The notes beneath the pieces are model-generated. The model was not told the origin of the DNA. It saw nothing but the letters and a program-made list of their open reading frames with translations, and did no database searches. 64,000 bases of DNA. Source: Camelus ferus. Taxonomy: Eukaryota. The stretch covers positions 56,670,001-56,734,000 of the forward strand of contig NC_045697.1 in assembly GCF_009834535.1 (NCBI RefSeq), given 5' to 3'. The position numbers and the translations under genes were made by a program. Of this stretch, positions 1 through 13,445 are shown one piece after another (position 1 is the stretch's first letter; every line of letters starts with the position of its first letter).

Positions 1-499
1 AAAGCAGCAGGTATTTTCAAACACTTCAATGAAGAATGAGAGAGAAGGAAAAAAAATGTACTCCATGGATTAGAACCAATCAAATTTGCACCGTTGCTTG
101 ACATCACATACCATTGGTTCTCTTCTTCTGAGTTTCACCTATTTCTGCATGTTGATAGACCTTATCACAAATTGTAACTATAATCCTGTCATGATGGAAA
201 ATCTTATTGTCACACTACAGAAATAGGCAGCATCTCAAACATGAGGAGTCTTAAAGACAAATAAACAGCAATGCTTCTTATATTCTAACTTGTGGTTTCC
301 AGTCAATACAGTATAGCCCTCTTCTGGTCACTTTTCACTCATTTTAGAAGTAGACGTCATCATGTTCACTATTGTTTGAGTAGTCTGTCTGGAACTGCTG
401 GGTCCTCTGGGACCAAGGTCCTGTCTACCTTCTTCCAGTGTGCCATGAACCTTACTTCCTATTATTAGGCCTTTGTTATCTCTTACCAAACCTGCTCAG

Positions 500-2330
500 T
501 GCCAAATATATGCTTACATTGTCCTCTCATCATTACTTGATTCAATACCTTCCTGACCATTAACTGTCTCCTTGGCTTCTTTGTGGCATCATATCTTCAG
601 GACCCTTACATTTCTGGACATATCAGTCTGTAGCCAATCCTGTGTCATGTCTTCTTGATTTTCTATTTTAATACTTTCTCTGAGTTTCATCTTTAAACTT
701 ATTTTCCATTCTCCTGTTTTTCTTTTTCTCTCGGATGTGACCTCCTGCCTCTTAAAGGTAATCCTTTCACCTAATAACAGGTTTCCATTATTTCTTTTCT
801 CCTCTAGAAAATTACTTTCTTCTCTTTTCTCTCTTTCCCTGTCCTTTAGTTCCTCTACCCCCAAAAACATAAGCATACCCACTACTTCTCTAAATAGAAA
901 ATAATCTCTCTGAATTCAGCTGCTTACTTAATTATCTTGTGTTTATATAATTTCCAAATTTCTTGAAAGACACTCTGTCCTGATTTCTTCTCAAATATCA
1001 ATCCAGTCAGTCCTTAATACATCATAAAAGTCTATTTTCATCATTCTATTCCATATTTCAACAAATGCTCCTCTAAAAGTAGTCAGTATCCTTATTATTT
1101 CCAGATTATGAATGCCCATTGTTTAGTTCTTACCTTTTTCTATAGCATTTCAATTCTCTTATTTTTAACATTTCATTCCTTGGCTTTAATAGTCTACGTA
1201 CTTCTAGTTTTCTTATTTATTGGACCACTTTTTCTTATTCATCCCTTTGACACCTGTTCCTCTTTGTTATAGCATTCTTTTCTTAATCTGTGTTTTTATT
1301 ATTTATTTATTTATTTTTATTGAAGTATAGTTAGTTACAATGTGTCGATTTCTGGTGTACAGCATAATGTCCCAGTCATACATATATATACCTATATTTG
1401 CTTTGATATTCCTTTTCATTAAAGATTATAAGACACTGAATATAGTTCCCTCTGGTACACAGAAGAAATTTGGTTTTTGTCTATTTTTATATAATATGTG
1501 TTTTTAGTATTTTGTTTTAAATCCTTATTCTTCTCTTTACATTTTCTGTCTAATATATTTCATCAGTCCCTTAGCTGCATAGACAATAGTTGGAGATAGT
1601 GAACAAATGTGTCTATAATCACAATCATTTTTTCAAGTTCTATGAGTGGTTTCCATAGAATGCTGAAGATAATGACCTAAATATACAATGGAATGTCATA
1701 TTTATAATAACCAAATCCAAATTTGTCATTTTCCCACAAATGAACTCTTATCCCAACTCTACTCTTAGTAACTGGCAGGTCCAATATTATAATTACCCAG
1801 AATTAATATTTAGAAGTAATACTCTACTTTTTAAAGTTTGTCACATCATATATCCTAATAGTTGCCAAAAACCTGTGCATTCTGCGTTCTGTTAAATTCC
1901 CAGCACCCTGATCTAAGTTATTATTACCTTTTTGTTTGGTTGCTTAGATTCTCAAATAGTATTAGGGCCTCCAATATTTACTGCCCTGCCATAAAAATAA
2001 GCACTTAAAACAATTGCCTTATCATGTCCACTGTTTATAGTATTAGACTTTGTCTTTTTACAACCTTTAGGCTCTCAAAAATCAAATATTAATAGGCCTT
2101 TTCAACAAGTATTATGAGCATTTTCCTGTACTCACTCATATGCTAGTCAAATTTACCAGTCCTTGAGTATCTGTGTACTTTTCATTTTTACTGAAAGGCT
2201 TTTCCAATAATTCATGTTTAATCTCAATCTCTCAAATTTATATACTCTTCAAAACCTAGCTTTTATGTCATTTCCAGTATAAAACTATTCCTAGTTTACT
2301 CCTTACTGATATATTCATTTTTCCACAAAT
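500..2330 (+). mobile_element. Highly decayed LINE-2 (L2) fragments, interrupted by a young L1 3' end
   Basis: Pyrimidine-rich tracts resembling the L2 3' region (e.g. 'ctccttggcttctttgtggcatcatatc', 'ttccttggcttt'). Boundaries are fuzzy. Confidence 0.5.
1299..1496 (-). mobile_element. 5'-truncated lineage-type L1 3' end with target-site duplication
   Basis: T-rich tail followed by 'ttgaagtatagttagttacaatgtgtcgatttctggtgtacagcataatg', the reverse complement of the L1 3' UTR at 60560-60625. Direct repeat tgtgttttta at 1289-1298 and 1497-1506. Confidence 0.85.
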
Positions 2331-2419
2331 TTTCATCTTATAATAATAAGTACATCTTTTGGGGCATTTATTAAATCATTTTTCTTAAGGTTTCATGCAT
2401 TCTTTTGAAAAACAGTTAT

Positions 2420-2718
2420 TGAGCATTTCACTTCCTTTTGAATGAGGCCTATCCTACCCACCCATTTAACATTGCAACTCTTCCCCTGTACTGACAATCC
2501 CCATTATTCTTTATTGTCGTACTTACCAACTTTTAAAATACCATGCATTTATATAGTTATTATGTTTATTGTATACTGTCTTTTTTGTGCACTATGATGA
2601 AAGCTTTATGAATACAATAGTTTTTATCTATTTTGTTCACTAATATATTCCCAGTGTCTAAAATTATGCCTAGTACCAAGTAGAAATTCAACAAAAATTT
2701 GTTGAATGAATGAATGAA
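2420..2718 (+). mobile_element. L2 3' terminus
   Basis: 'tttgttcactaatatattcccagtgtctaaaattatgcctagtaccaagtag...tttgttgaatgaatgaatgaa' is the typical L2 end with a (TGAA)n tail. Confidence 0.8.
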
Positions 2719-2729
2719 CACCAAATCTA

Positions 2730-3390
2730 TTCCAAGTACAGTGGATTCTGCAGTAAACGATACAGACACAACTCATGGGATTACTATTTAGGGAGGGAAA
2801 TAGATATTAAACATAGAATTAAACTAGAATTAAAAGTGTTGAAAAGGAAAATAATGACCTAGTCTGCACAAATGATATTTAACCTGAGACCTAGAAGATA
2901 TATAAATATTATTCTGCAATGAGCTGTCCAGGTGAAAAAATAGCACATCATACAACTTCAGTGGTGTGAGTAAGATGTATACCAAGCAGCTGGAAAGACA
3001 AGCCCAGGTTATATTATATAGAATTTTATCCTCAGAGCATTGAACAGTCATTACAGAATTTTAACACAAAGAACTGCAGTGATCATGCTTATATTTTTTA
3101 AACTATCATCTTGGCTGTTTCTATTAGAATTGGATTGAGGAAACAAGGGTTCATAAGAAAAAACTGCTTAGTAGCCTATTGTAACAATTTACATGTGTGT
3201 GTTGGTAGGGGAATGGTGACTTGGATTAGGATGGTAGCAGTAGAACATGGAGACAAGTGAAAGATAGTAACTTTTCACATATGTGATTTTCACAAAAGAC
3301 ATTGCAAATGGCTTGAGAGCAAGGACAAAATTTCAAACATTTTGCCTGTTGTCTGAGTGGCACCTTCATACTGAGGAAATGACATTAGGT
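2730..3390 (-). mobile_element. L2 fragment
   Basis: Purine-rich antisense L2 pattern ('atcatcttggctg...ggtgacttggattaggatggtagcagtag'). Confidence 0.65.
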
Positions 3391-3399
3391 TTGGCTTCA

Positions 3400-3605
3400 G
3401 ATAAATCAGAGTGTGTAGTTCACTTTCATCCCCTTTTAAACTATGTAATTTTATTAAGTACTCAACTTCCTAGGCCTCAGATTCTCCTCCTAAATATTAG
3501 AAATGATCACATATCACTTAGGAGTTTTGATAAAGCCTAAATAAGATTGTGCATGCAAATCTCCTAACAGAAATCCTAATATGCAGGCCCTCAATAAATG
3601 TGCTC
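3400..3605 (+). mobile_element. MIR SINE
   Basis: Core-like 'caacttcctaggcctcagattctcctcctaaatatt' and 3' end 'ggccctcaataaatgt'. Confidence 0.7.
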
Positions 3606-4399
3606 CCTTAAGGGACGGTATAGTTCTTTAAGTGCTTTTTTTTTTTGCATCCATTTTTACTTAAAAATTGTAAACATTAGTATCAGATAATTTGGGGAGA
3701 AGACTGATTTTCTTTTCAAAAATACAAGCAAATAAACCTTTAAATTATGTTAAAATTGATTTAGACATTCTCAAATGTTTATTACAGACTTTCAAAAACC
3801 ACCAATTGGAATAATGTATCTAAAATAAATGAGTTATCCTCCACTATTTAATTTATGTAAGCTTTAAATATGACACTTTTAATTTGGGGATCACTGCTCT
3901 TTCCACAGTTTACTTAGTCTTATCTTCTAATTTTCATTTTGATATATCTTTTGGGGCAAACACAGATAATCATTTAAGGATATACATATGTAATTTATTA
4001 AATGGGATTAATAGCATGGCTTTACGAGCAATTTCAAAATAAACGTTTTTCTGCTGGCATCTCCTTCGTATATCTTCTTGAAGTATACTTGCTGTATATA
4101 TTCGATAATTGAATAATCCTTTTTTAAATTTTATAAATGAGAAAACTGTGTCCCAAGGTAATTAATTGGTATGCTTAATATTACATAGTTACTTGATGTC
4201 AAAATTTATTGTCTTTTATTTCTAAATTAGCACATCTTTTGGCTATACCAACAATTTCTTATGAGTTATTTATTTTCTCACATGTAACTTCTACTAACAT
4301 GACACTCCTGATAACCCAGGAAGATTCAGTGAAAACAAAAAGTGATAGAAAGAGATCAAGAAAGGGAGGGAAATGAGAAGAGAAAGTAGGGCAGGAGGA

Positions 4400-4560
4400 C
4401 AGGGGAGATTCTTTCCTAGAGTCTTAGGAGAGAGTATGGCCATACTGATACTTTGATTTTGAACTTCTAGCTTCTAGAACCATGAGACAATAGATTTCTG
4501 TTGTTTTAAGCCACCCAATTTGTGGTACTGTGTTACAGCAGTCCCAGGAAACTAATATAG
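4400..4560 (+). mobile_element. MaLR LTR (MLT1-type), 3' part
   Basis: 'gaacttctagcttctagaaccatgagacaatagatttctgttgttttaagccacccaatttgtggtactgtgttacagcagtcccaggaaactaatata' is a characteristic MLT1 end. Confidence 0.85.
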
Positions 4561-6790
4561 TCATTATCGTCATCATCTTCTGAATAGTTTTCTTGCTGAG
4601 GATGACTGCTAAGGGCCCCTCTTGTAGACTGATGTTTTTTGAACTGCTTCCAGAAGCTCCCAGAGGGGAAGACTCCTAGCGTGTCAGATTTGAGGAATCT
4701 CAGTTTTTTCAGAATAGCTTGATCTTTTTTCACCAGAATATAAAGAAAAGATAATTTGTTCAAGGACACATAGATTAGGTTTCAAAACTCACTATTACAG
4801 CTGACGTGAGTTTATGGATCTTTGCTGAGTCTGCAGATTTACAGTGAAACATCTGGCTTTGGAAAAGAGGAGAGAAATGTCTCAACTAATTACCAGGATT
4901 AAGAAATACTGTCTCAGTGATCAAGTAAACCATATTAAGATGAAAAAACACTTGTTAAAATATTAAATTATTAAGTCCTTGACTATGTTGTTTTTTAATA
5001 TGGGCACAATTATTAATCATTTATAATGATTATCTTTATTGTAAGATTTAGACTTACATATGTTGAGGGATCACAGAAACTTGAAGCAGCACATGTGAAT
5101 TGGTGATACAAAACCAAAGTACTGAAAAACATCTTCTTTGGTTATCCACATGGAAACATTCAAGTTTTGATTTAACCTCATTTGATTGTAGTGTGGCCCA
5201 TAAAAATATGGGGCAAGCTTTTAAATGGCACCTATTTAAAATGACATACCAATGAAACACGGCAAAATGAATCTCAGGGGAAGACAACTTAATAAGACTA
5301 TAAATTTCTCAATATAAATTTAAATGAAATGCCTTACGAGATTGTGAAGGATTGCTGGTTAGCCCCTGGCTATCAGGGAAATGGTGGAAAGGTCCCATGA
5401 GAACAAGAGCTTCTGAGAAAGAAAGGTTTTCTGTAAAAGGGGGATGTTATGTTGGGAAATTAATCTCAGCTGGAAAACCTAAAAGGGTCGAATTTAATGG
5501 GTTTTTGATAACCCTTATGTATATATGTGGTATTACCTAGCTTTGAGGAACATTCTCTTTGTGTAATGGGCTTTGATATAATTTACAACCGCCACTCATT
5601 TTTTTCAATGATAAGTGGTATATTTTCCTAACCACCCAGAACTGACATGCTGTGTGTCAAATCAGAAAATGTTTCATTTCATATAAAAAGGAAATGCTTT
5701 CATCAAAAACTGTTTCTTTCTAGAGAAATACTTGCAACACACATTTTTGACATACATTTTGGGGAAAAATTTCTTTTTTATTATCACAAAAAGTCGCTGT
5801 AGGCTGTGCTGAGGTACTGATTAATGCTTGCCTAGGTGATATTGAAGGCACTCATGTTTCACTGTGCTCTCTAGACAGGCATTAATCGCTACCAACACAC
5901 CATGTTGTCATTTCTGCTCCCAGGTTGGAAGCACTTTTTAAAAAATGCTTCAAAAATGGGATAAAAAACATGGTAAGAAAAAAACAATACGAGTGAGAAG
6001 TTACAGGAACTATCATCCTTATTACCCAGTTTCTGTTACCTAATTGTTTAAATTACTGCTGAATTAGGAGACTGTGCTAAGCCAACAGAGAAGGATGAAA
6101 ATATTTGTCAGTCTTTTGTCTTCAAGTCTTAATAGAAGTAAAAATAAAATCGAAGTCAGAATTGATAAAACTTTGCTATTACTTTGTAGGAAAAGTAAGG
6201 CTTATTGTTTCAGTTGTCCTTAATTATAATTTGTAGGGAGGATTTTATAAGTCTTTGGTCTCTGATCTGAATAAATTGATTGATGATGGACTTAAGACAT
6301 TGATTAGAGTCTGGCAGCCTTTGGCCCTGCTCCCTATTTAGTGCTGGCTGAAAAACCAGAAGTATCCAGGCATAATTTTCAGGCATTTCTCCTTTGCATT
6401 CCCTTGAATCAGCTGTTAAACTTCCTTCTTAGCATGCTGTCAAAACGACTAATTATAATACCAGTAAAAAAGGACATGATAAATAATAACAAAGACTGAT
6501 ATTATTCTTTTCATGTTTCAGACATTAAAATAAGCATCTTACAAATATCAATTTACTAATTTTCTGAGAATAATCCTGAAGTGTATTGCAGTATTATCTT
6601 TGTTTTGCAGAATATTTATAAATTAAGGTATACAGGAATGAGATCAATTTTGCAAAACCACTAGGTAACAGTTTAAACCCAGTTATATCTGATTATTCAC
6701 TACACTCTTAGTCATTACTCTCAGATAACTTTGCTGATAGCACCTTGAGTGTTTTAGATTCTTCACAGAGAGAACAAAGAATGAGCTTTA

Positions 6791-7050
6791 GGGGGTGGGA
6801 GGTGGGAAGGGACAGCCTGGGATTTCAAAATTTGTAGATACTGACAGACATATGTAGAATAGATAAAAAAAAGATTATACTGTATAGCACAGGGAAATAT
6901 ATACAAGATCTTGTGGTAGCTCACAGTGGAAAAAAATGTGACAATGAATATGTGTATGTTCATGTATAACTGAAAAATTGTGCTCTACACTGGAATTTGA
7001 CACAACATTGTAAAATGACTATAACTCAATAAAAAAAATACAAAAAACCC
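6791..7050 (+). mobile_element. 5'-truncated lineage-type L1 3' UTR with 17-bp TSD
   Basis: G-rich tract, a 3' UTR similar to 60375-60625, AATAAA and an A-rich tail. Flanked by acaaagaatgagcttta (6774-6790) and acaaagaacaagcttta (7051-7067). Confidence 0.9.
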
Positions 7051-8504
7051 ACAAAGAACAAGCTTTATAAAAATATAAGTAACAAAATTAAATGATTGAT
7101 TAAAGGTGCTGGGATGGCAGGACAATTTTTCGTATGCATACTATTTCTGCCATTAGGGCCATAAATTCTTCTTAAGAAAAAAATCATTCTTAATAGAAAA
7201 CAAGAAGTATTCTTATTCTAAACAAGTCATATGAAAGGTGATTTCCACTAGATTGCCTACAAATATGTCCCTTAATCAATTCTATGTTTGAAATATTATT
7301 CCTTAAATATCCTACCATAAAAAATACAGTAAATACTGTATGTTATTATCAAATAAATAGATAAAAAACAAAAGGTTGAGCATAGAATGTAACAGGATGA
7401 ACTTGATAACAGTTATTATTGATCTTTATTGCTTTAAGAACCCAATATTGCAAACGATTTTTAAAAAATGGTGGAATATCATATGCTTTGGTCATACTAA
7501 ACATACCAGGTCATACCAGGCTTATACTAAAGGATATTTGTAAACTATAATGAAATAGAAAGAGAGGAAACAGAGCAAGAGAGATAAATGCTTACCTTTA
7601 TTCAAAAGACTAACAAAATACTGTAATTACACCATAGTACTTTTATAAATTATTCTAATCTTTCTATGTGGTCACTATATTTCATTTTTTCTCAATTTAC
7701 CTTGAGGTTGACTTATTGTGAAGAAAGTTTTAGTTTATAATGATTACATTGCAACAAATATATATTACGTGGAATGATAATATATTATACATGTAATAAT
7801 TTTATATGTATATGTAATGGTAGGTACTCTCAGTGGAACATAGAAGAGTAGTGGATGTAGGTTTCTCGTATTTCAGGAAATAAGACCTGCCTGTAGAGAA
7901 TTTAAATGCAGTAATAACAGCAAATAAAGTTTACTCTGTTTTTCATTATTACCATCCAGCAATTCTAAATAATGCCAATGACAAAGTATTTCTTGACGTA
8001 CTACTTTTTTCCTTGATATTTTACTGATACTCATTACTAGAAAGATTTATGAACAGCAAATAAGGTAATACGAGCCTATTAAGAACATTGTCTAACTGAG
8101 AAAACATTGTCATAATTAACATGGCTATTTTATGTTTGTTCATTCTTACATTTTCAATGATTTTTTACTATACACCTATAAATACAGACATAGGAATTCA
8201 CAGAAGAGTGTGATATAACATCTTTCCCAAAGGAGCCCAGCAGCAGGAATGCTGGAGAGAGACCCTTAAATATGCAAGTGAAATAAAGCTAATATTGTTC
8301 ATGCTCCATCTTAAACTTCCATGTGTTCATACCCTAAAAACTCATCAAGGTGTGCACTATAATGTGTAATTTTTATATGTATTTTTAACTTCAATAAAAA
8401 GCTTATTGAAAAGCTAAAAAGTTGAATTGAATATACATGGAAACATCATGTTAACTTCATTAATTATAAAATTTTGTATGCATAAGGTTTCAATTGTACA
8501 TTTT

Positions 8505-9245
8505 TTAATTAAAAACTTTATTTTTTAGGGCAGTTTTAAGTTCACAGCAAAACTGAGCAGAAATTCCAGAGTTCCCATGTGCCCCTTGTCTCCACACATG
8601 CACGACCTCCTTCACTATGAGCATCCTACATCAGAGTGGTACATTTGTTACAATTAATGAACCTACTCTGACACATTATTATCACTCAAAGTCCATAATT
8701 TACATTAGGGTTCACTTTGGTGTAGAATGTTCCATGGGTTTGGACAAGTGTATAATGACATGTATCCATCATTATAATATCATATAGAATATTTTCACTC
8801 CCCTAAAAATCCTATGTGCTCTGCCTATTCACCCCTCCCTTCCTTCCACTTTAGCCCTGACAACCAATGATCTATTTACTGTCACCATAGTTTTGCCTTT
8901 TCCAGAATGTCATCCAGAATAATACAGCAGGTGTCTTTTCAGCCTGGCTTCTTCCACTTAGTAATATGCATTTAAATTTCCTCCATGTCTTTTTATGGCT
9001 TAATAGTTCATTTATTTTAGCACTGACAAATATTCCATTGTCTAGAGATACCACCATTCATTTATGTATTCATCTACTGAAGGACATCTTGGTTACCTCC
9101 AAGTTTTGGCAATTATGAATAAAGCTGCTGTAAACATCCAGGTATGGTTTTTGTGTAGATGGAAGTTTGCAGCTCCTTTGGATAGATACCAATGAGTACA
9201 ATTGCTGATATGATATGGTAAGTGTATGTTTTGTTTTAGAAGAAA
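8505..9245 (-). mobile_element. Old L1 3' end (L1MC-like)
   Basis: 'gcagttttaagttcacagcaaaactgagcagaa...gtggtacatttgttacaattaatgaacctac...gaaggacatcttggttacctccaagttttggcaattatgaataaagctgct'. Confidence 0.85.
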
Positions 9246-10204
9246 GATTATATATTTTTTAAGATTTAAAGGTTAGTTTTCTTGATTCACAAGAATTCCT
9301 AAAATACATAATGATTGTCATAAGCAATAGCTATTAAATTAGTTACTTTGGGCTAAATTTAAAATCCAAAAAAAGAGAATATTATAAACAAAAAATTATT
9401 AAGTAAAATATGGATACATTTTCATATATTTGATGTCAAGTAGATTAAGGCCTTCAAAATAATGGTACTCATTTAATTTTTTTCTCCTCTACTTACTAGA
9501 AGAAAATAAATTCTGGAAAATTAGGGCTTGGTTAATTACACAGTGCTTAATATCTAAAATGATATATTATATATATATATATATGTACACACACATATAT
9601 ACATGTATAAATAGATAGAAAAATACATCAGAAATGTTTCTTGATTATGCATTGTGCATGAAGTTTTAGTAAGCCACTTCAGAAATTAACCACTTCTTAA
9701 ATAAAGCTTTAACTAAATTGCATAGAAAAACATCACCTACTCTAAAGCAATGTAAATTTAAAAGAAAAAATACTGAATTTGGTAGAATTCTATAGAAACC
9801 AGGAAATTTATTAAGCCATAATTAAATACCTAATTAATTATAAATATAATATTGATATACAGTAGAATTTCATACAACTGATATGCTTGCTTTTTTGTAG
9901 GGGGGATTTATACTGGAAAAAGAGGAAAACTGAACCTATGTTAAAAACTACATTTTTTTTATCAGTTTCTTACACTGTGTTTTTCTGCTTTTGAATTACA
10001 TTTTAAATTGAGTCCACATCTATTAGTTAAAAAGAAAAAAAACCTGTGACTATCATAAAACTTGTCAAGAATTTTAAGCAAAATACCAAATAAATTTAAC
10101 ATTGTATATATTATATACAGTTTTAAGGCCAATTTGCATTAAAAAAATGCAGGAAAAAAAAGGGAAAAGAAAAGAAAGAAAGCTTTGGAAGAATAAGTAT
10201 CATT

Positions 10205-10497
10205 TGATAGTGGTTCCTGGGGTTCCTGGCCCCATCCCTGGAGATTAACATGTAGCAAGTGTTGGGATATCCCAGGAATTTGTCTTTCGAACAACCTCCC
10301 AGGTGCTGCAAAGTTTTGCTAGTCTGGAAACCCTGCCCGCAGTGCTACTCACCCACTGTGTAGTCCGTACAGCGGCAACCCCAGCTTCCCCGGAGAGACT
10401 GTCAGAAATGCAGACGCCCAGACCTACTGAATCCAAATTTAACAAGATTCTCAGATGATGTGTATGTTCATTGCAGTTTGAGGAGCAGTACCCTAGA
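10205..10497. mobile_element. MER5-type hAT-Charlie DNA transposon fossils (two adjacent copies)
   Basis: 'agaaatgcagacgcccagacctactgaatc...tttaacaagattctcagatgat...agtttgaggagcagt' and upstream 'aacaacctcccaggtg'. Confidence 0.75.
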
Positions 10498-11479
10498 GCA
10501 TAAAAGAAAGGAAATTTTCTTCAGGAAGGTGGCAAATATGTAATATAACAAAATTAACCCTAAAGATCTACTGTAATCTTATGCACTCTAAAACTTTGTG
10601 TACATTAACGTGAAATACGAGGTAAAAGCAGATTGTTTATATGACATTTCATTAAATAAAAATATCGTGGGAATTATTAAAAGCACTGAATACAGATAAG
10701 ATTATTTTACAGCTGAATGGTATTAATTATTAAATTACATAAACTGTTGAGATTATAATTTGTTTATATGCTGTCTATCTTTATTTCTATTTTGAAAAAT
10801 TATAATCTTAGTTTGAATGCTACTAAGAATCAATATTAAGTATACCAGCAGTAAAAAGATATGCTCTTAGGGAAATAACCCTGTAGGGCCCAAATTCTGT
10901 TAAAGAATGAGCTCTGTGTTTACTTAATTTGTCAGGAAAATCCAGGATAATCTCTCACACTGTCATTCAATGTAAAGCATGCCTTTTTCTGTTTCTTTCT
11001 TTTCCCATGATTCTTACTCTTCTAATGGAGTCATTTCTAACTTGACAATTCATGTGCCTCATCTCTGCTAAGCATATTTTCTAATGTGTCACCAAAGTGG
11101 TAATTTATCTCTCCTTGTCCCTTATCACTAGGTATGAAGCATTTAATAATTGACACTTTACATGGTCTGTATTAAATCATTTTGTCAGCAGTCTTTCATT
11201 TATTGAGCTCCACACAATCATAGCTCTTGGTCCCCATGATTTGAAAAGAAGCAAATCTATATTGTCATGAGAAACATCACCTTCCTCAGTGGTGGAAGTG
11301 TCAAATAGTCATCATGTTTGTTCTCTAGTGTGTTTCAAATAATTTGAGAAAAGGACAACAGCTGCAAAAGTTCAGGTCCTGCATTTCTGGAAATACCAGT
11401 CAATATGGAAAAGAGAAGTACTGTGATTAGAGTGAAAAACAGCTCTTTTTAGTAAGAATTAGAAGAGTCGAAGCACTCT

Positions 11480-11592
11480 CTTTTATGGTCTTGAGCAAGG
11501 CTTTATCCCTATTTCTCATCTATAAAAATGAACAGATTGTACCAAATGAGCATTAGCTCACATTCTAGTTTTAACATTACCTAATTCTATGC
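11480..11592 (+). mobile_element. MIR-family fragment
   Basis: 'tcttgagcaag...tttctcatctataaaaatgaacagattgtaccaaatga...ttctagttttaacatt'. Confidence 0.6.
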
Positions 11593-11828
11593 GAATGATT
11601 CCTGTCACCTCTTGGAGAATAAAAATGTTGTGAAACAGTTTCATAAATTATATATAAGCATTTAAAACTAATGTGAATATTGAATGACTCTTACTTTATT
11701 TACCCTGAAGGAATGAGTACAGTGATGGGATTTGAAACATGTGCCCTAATGGCATAGGAATATCTGAGCCAGGAGAATTTTCAATGTCATTTTAATCCCA
11801 CCACAGTAGTACCCTCCCCTCACCCCCG

Positions 11829-11879
11829 CCACACACACACACACACACACATGCACATATATACACATATACGCACACA
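11829..11879. repeat. (CA)n microsatellite with degenerate CA/TA extension
   Basis: Directly visible. Confidence 0.95.
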
Positions 11880-13339
11880 GTTTCTGCCATAATTTCTTGA
11901 TGGGCATGGGATATTAACAGAGAACAATTGGCTAAAATCTGGAAACATGACTAATGAGTTATGTGGAGGAAGAAGAGAGATGAAAGGTACTTCAGGATAT
12001 AAAAAGGAAATTGGAAAGAGGTTTATGCCTCCCACCTAGATGGTTGTGTTCACATGCCGAAGGGAGGGAGTAAAACTTGTCATTTTTTTTTTTAAACCTG
12101 TCATTGTTAATACTATTTTTAAGAAATATCCCAAAGCATATCAGTGTTCAGTTAAACTTCTCTTATTCCATAGTGTTTTTATTACATGCCATAGATCATG
12201 GTCCCTGAAACATATGATTCTTTATTAAATCATACTTATTAAAAACTGACATATCCCAGTTTCTGCATAAAACAAACATCATTAAATAATTTACCTAAGT
12301 AAAATTAGAGATAGAAAGTAAGCATTGCTAAAAATTTAGCACACTCCTTTTATAATATACGTAATAAACCACTGATTATGTTTATCTTTGATCTATGTAT
12401 ATTCTTATAAGTAAAGGACAACTATATAGTTTGATGTTTAAAAAACAAAAACAAAAACCTTCATTTCCTCTTAGTACATAGTATGTCTTGGCACAACTGC
12501 CACTGAATCAACTTCAAAACAAAATAACTTGAAATTGCATCTGATAATTCCCTAGGGTGCAAAAAAAAATTTTTCTGTTTATGCCTTCTGATAAATTTGC
12601 CTTTTTAGAAGCAAATTAAAATTTTATCTGCGATCTTAAATTAGTGTGAAAAATGTCATCTAGAGTAGGCCTAAGACATGATTACCTCATTTAACCTAAT
12701 ATGAGTCACCGGTTTGATAGAATTCTGGCATGAAGCAGAGAAACTAAGAAACTTTATTCAAAGCAATAGGTTATTATTACTATTAATGTAAAAAGAATTT
12801 TATGTTATTTTCCTACTGAGAAGTTTCCTATTCAACTTTACAACCCTGCTGTTGTGGTGGAAATTGAGACACAATATGGTGAATACTTCCTAAAGTCTTA
12901 TTGTGATGATATAAAATTTGTGATTCATTGGCTGAAAGCAACATAAAATTAGATATTAGTGTTCTACTGGGAGTTTTTCCTTTGTTGAATACTATTACAT
13001 TGTTTTTCATATCCTGCCACCTGAAAAAATTTGAAAGATACACAAGGCATATTATTTTTTTGTTGTTCTAGTAATATGTAAGGTTTGGTTGCTATTTTAC
13101 AATGGATCAGAGATCATTTTAAACTGGTTAGCCATGATTCAACAGAGTTATATTAATTCCTAGAACTACAAAAACTCCTTTTGTATTTATTTTCTAATAA
13201 GATAATGAGACGATGAAGAAGAAAAAATAGACATTCTTTTCTTTTGAAGTTTAATGTTTATTTTTCATTATATAATAATGAATATTCATTATAGAGATAT
13301 TAAAAAATACGGGGAAGTTCGCAAACAGTGAGTTAGTCT

Positions 13340-13445
13340 TTTTTTTTTGTAATTGTTTTAGTGTTAAGTATTTTTTTTAACTTTTTTTTATTGAGTTACA
13401 GTCATTTTAGAATGTTGTGTCAAATTCCAGTGTAGAGCACAATTG
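13340..13445 (-). mobile_element. Very short L1 3' tail, same subfamily as 6791-7050
   Basis: The reverse complement of 13385-13444 matches ~6976-7036 with about two differences. T-rich tail upstream. Confidence 0.85.

Noticed and set aside
589..882. 97-aa Glu/Lys/Arg-rich minus-strand ORF
   Set aside because: Translation of a TC-rich low-complexity tract within L2 debris.
2686..2708. Palindrome attcaacaaa / tttgttgaat
   Set aside because: Part of the L2 3' terminus.
4801..4811. Possible 5-nt microexon cag|ctgac|gtgagt
   Set aside because: Weak pyrimidine tract and frame-shifting length.
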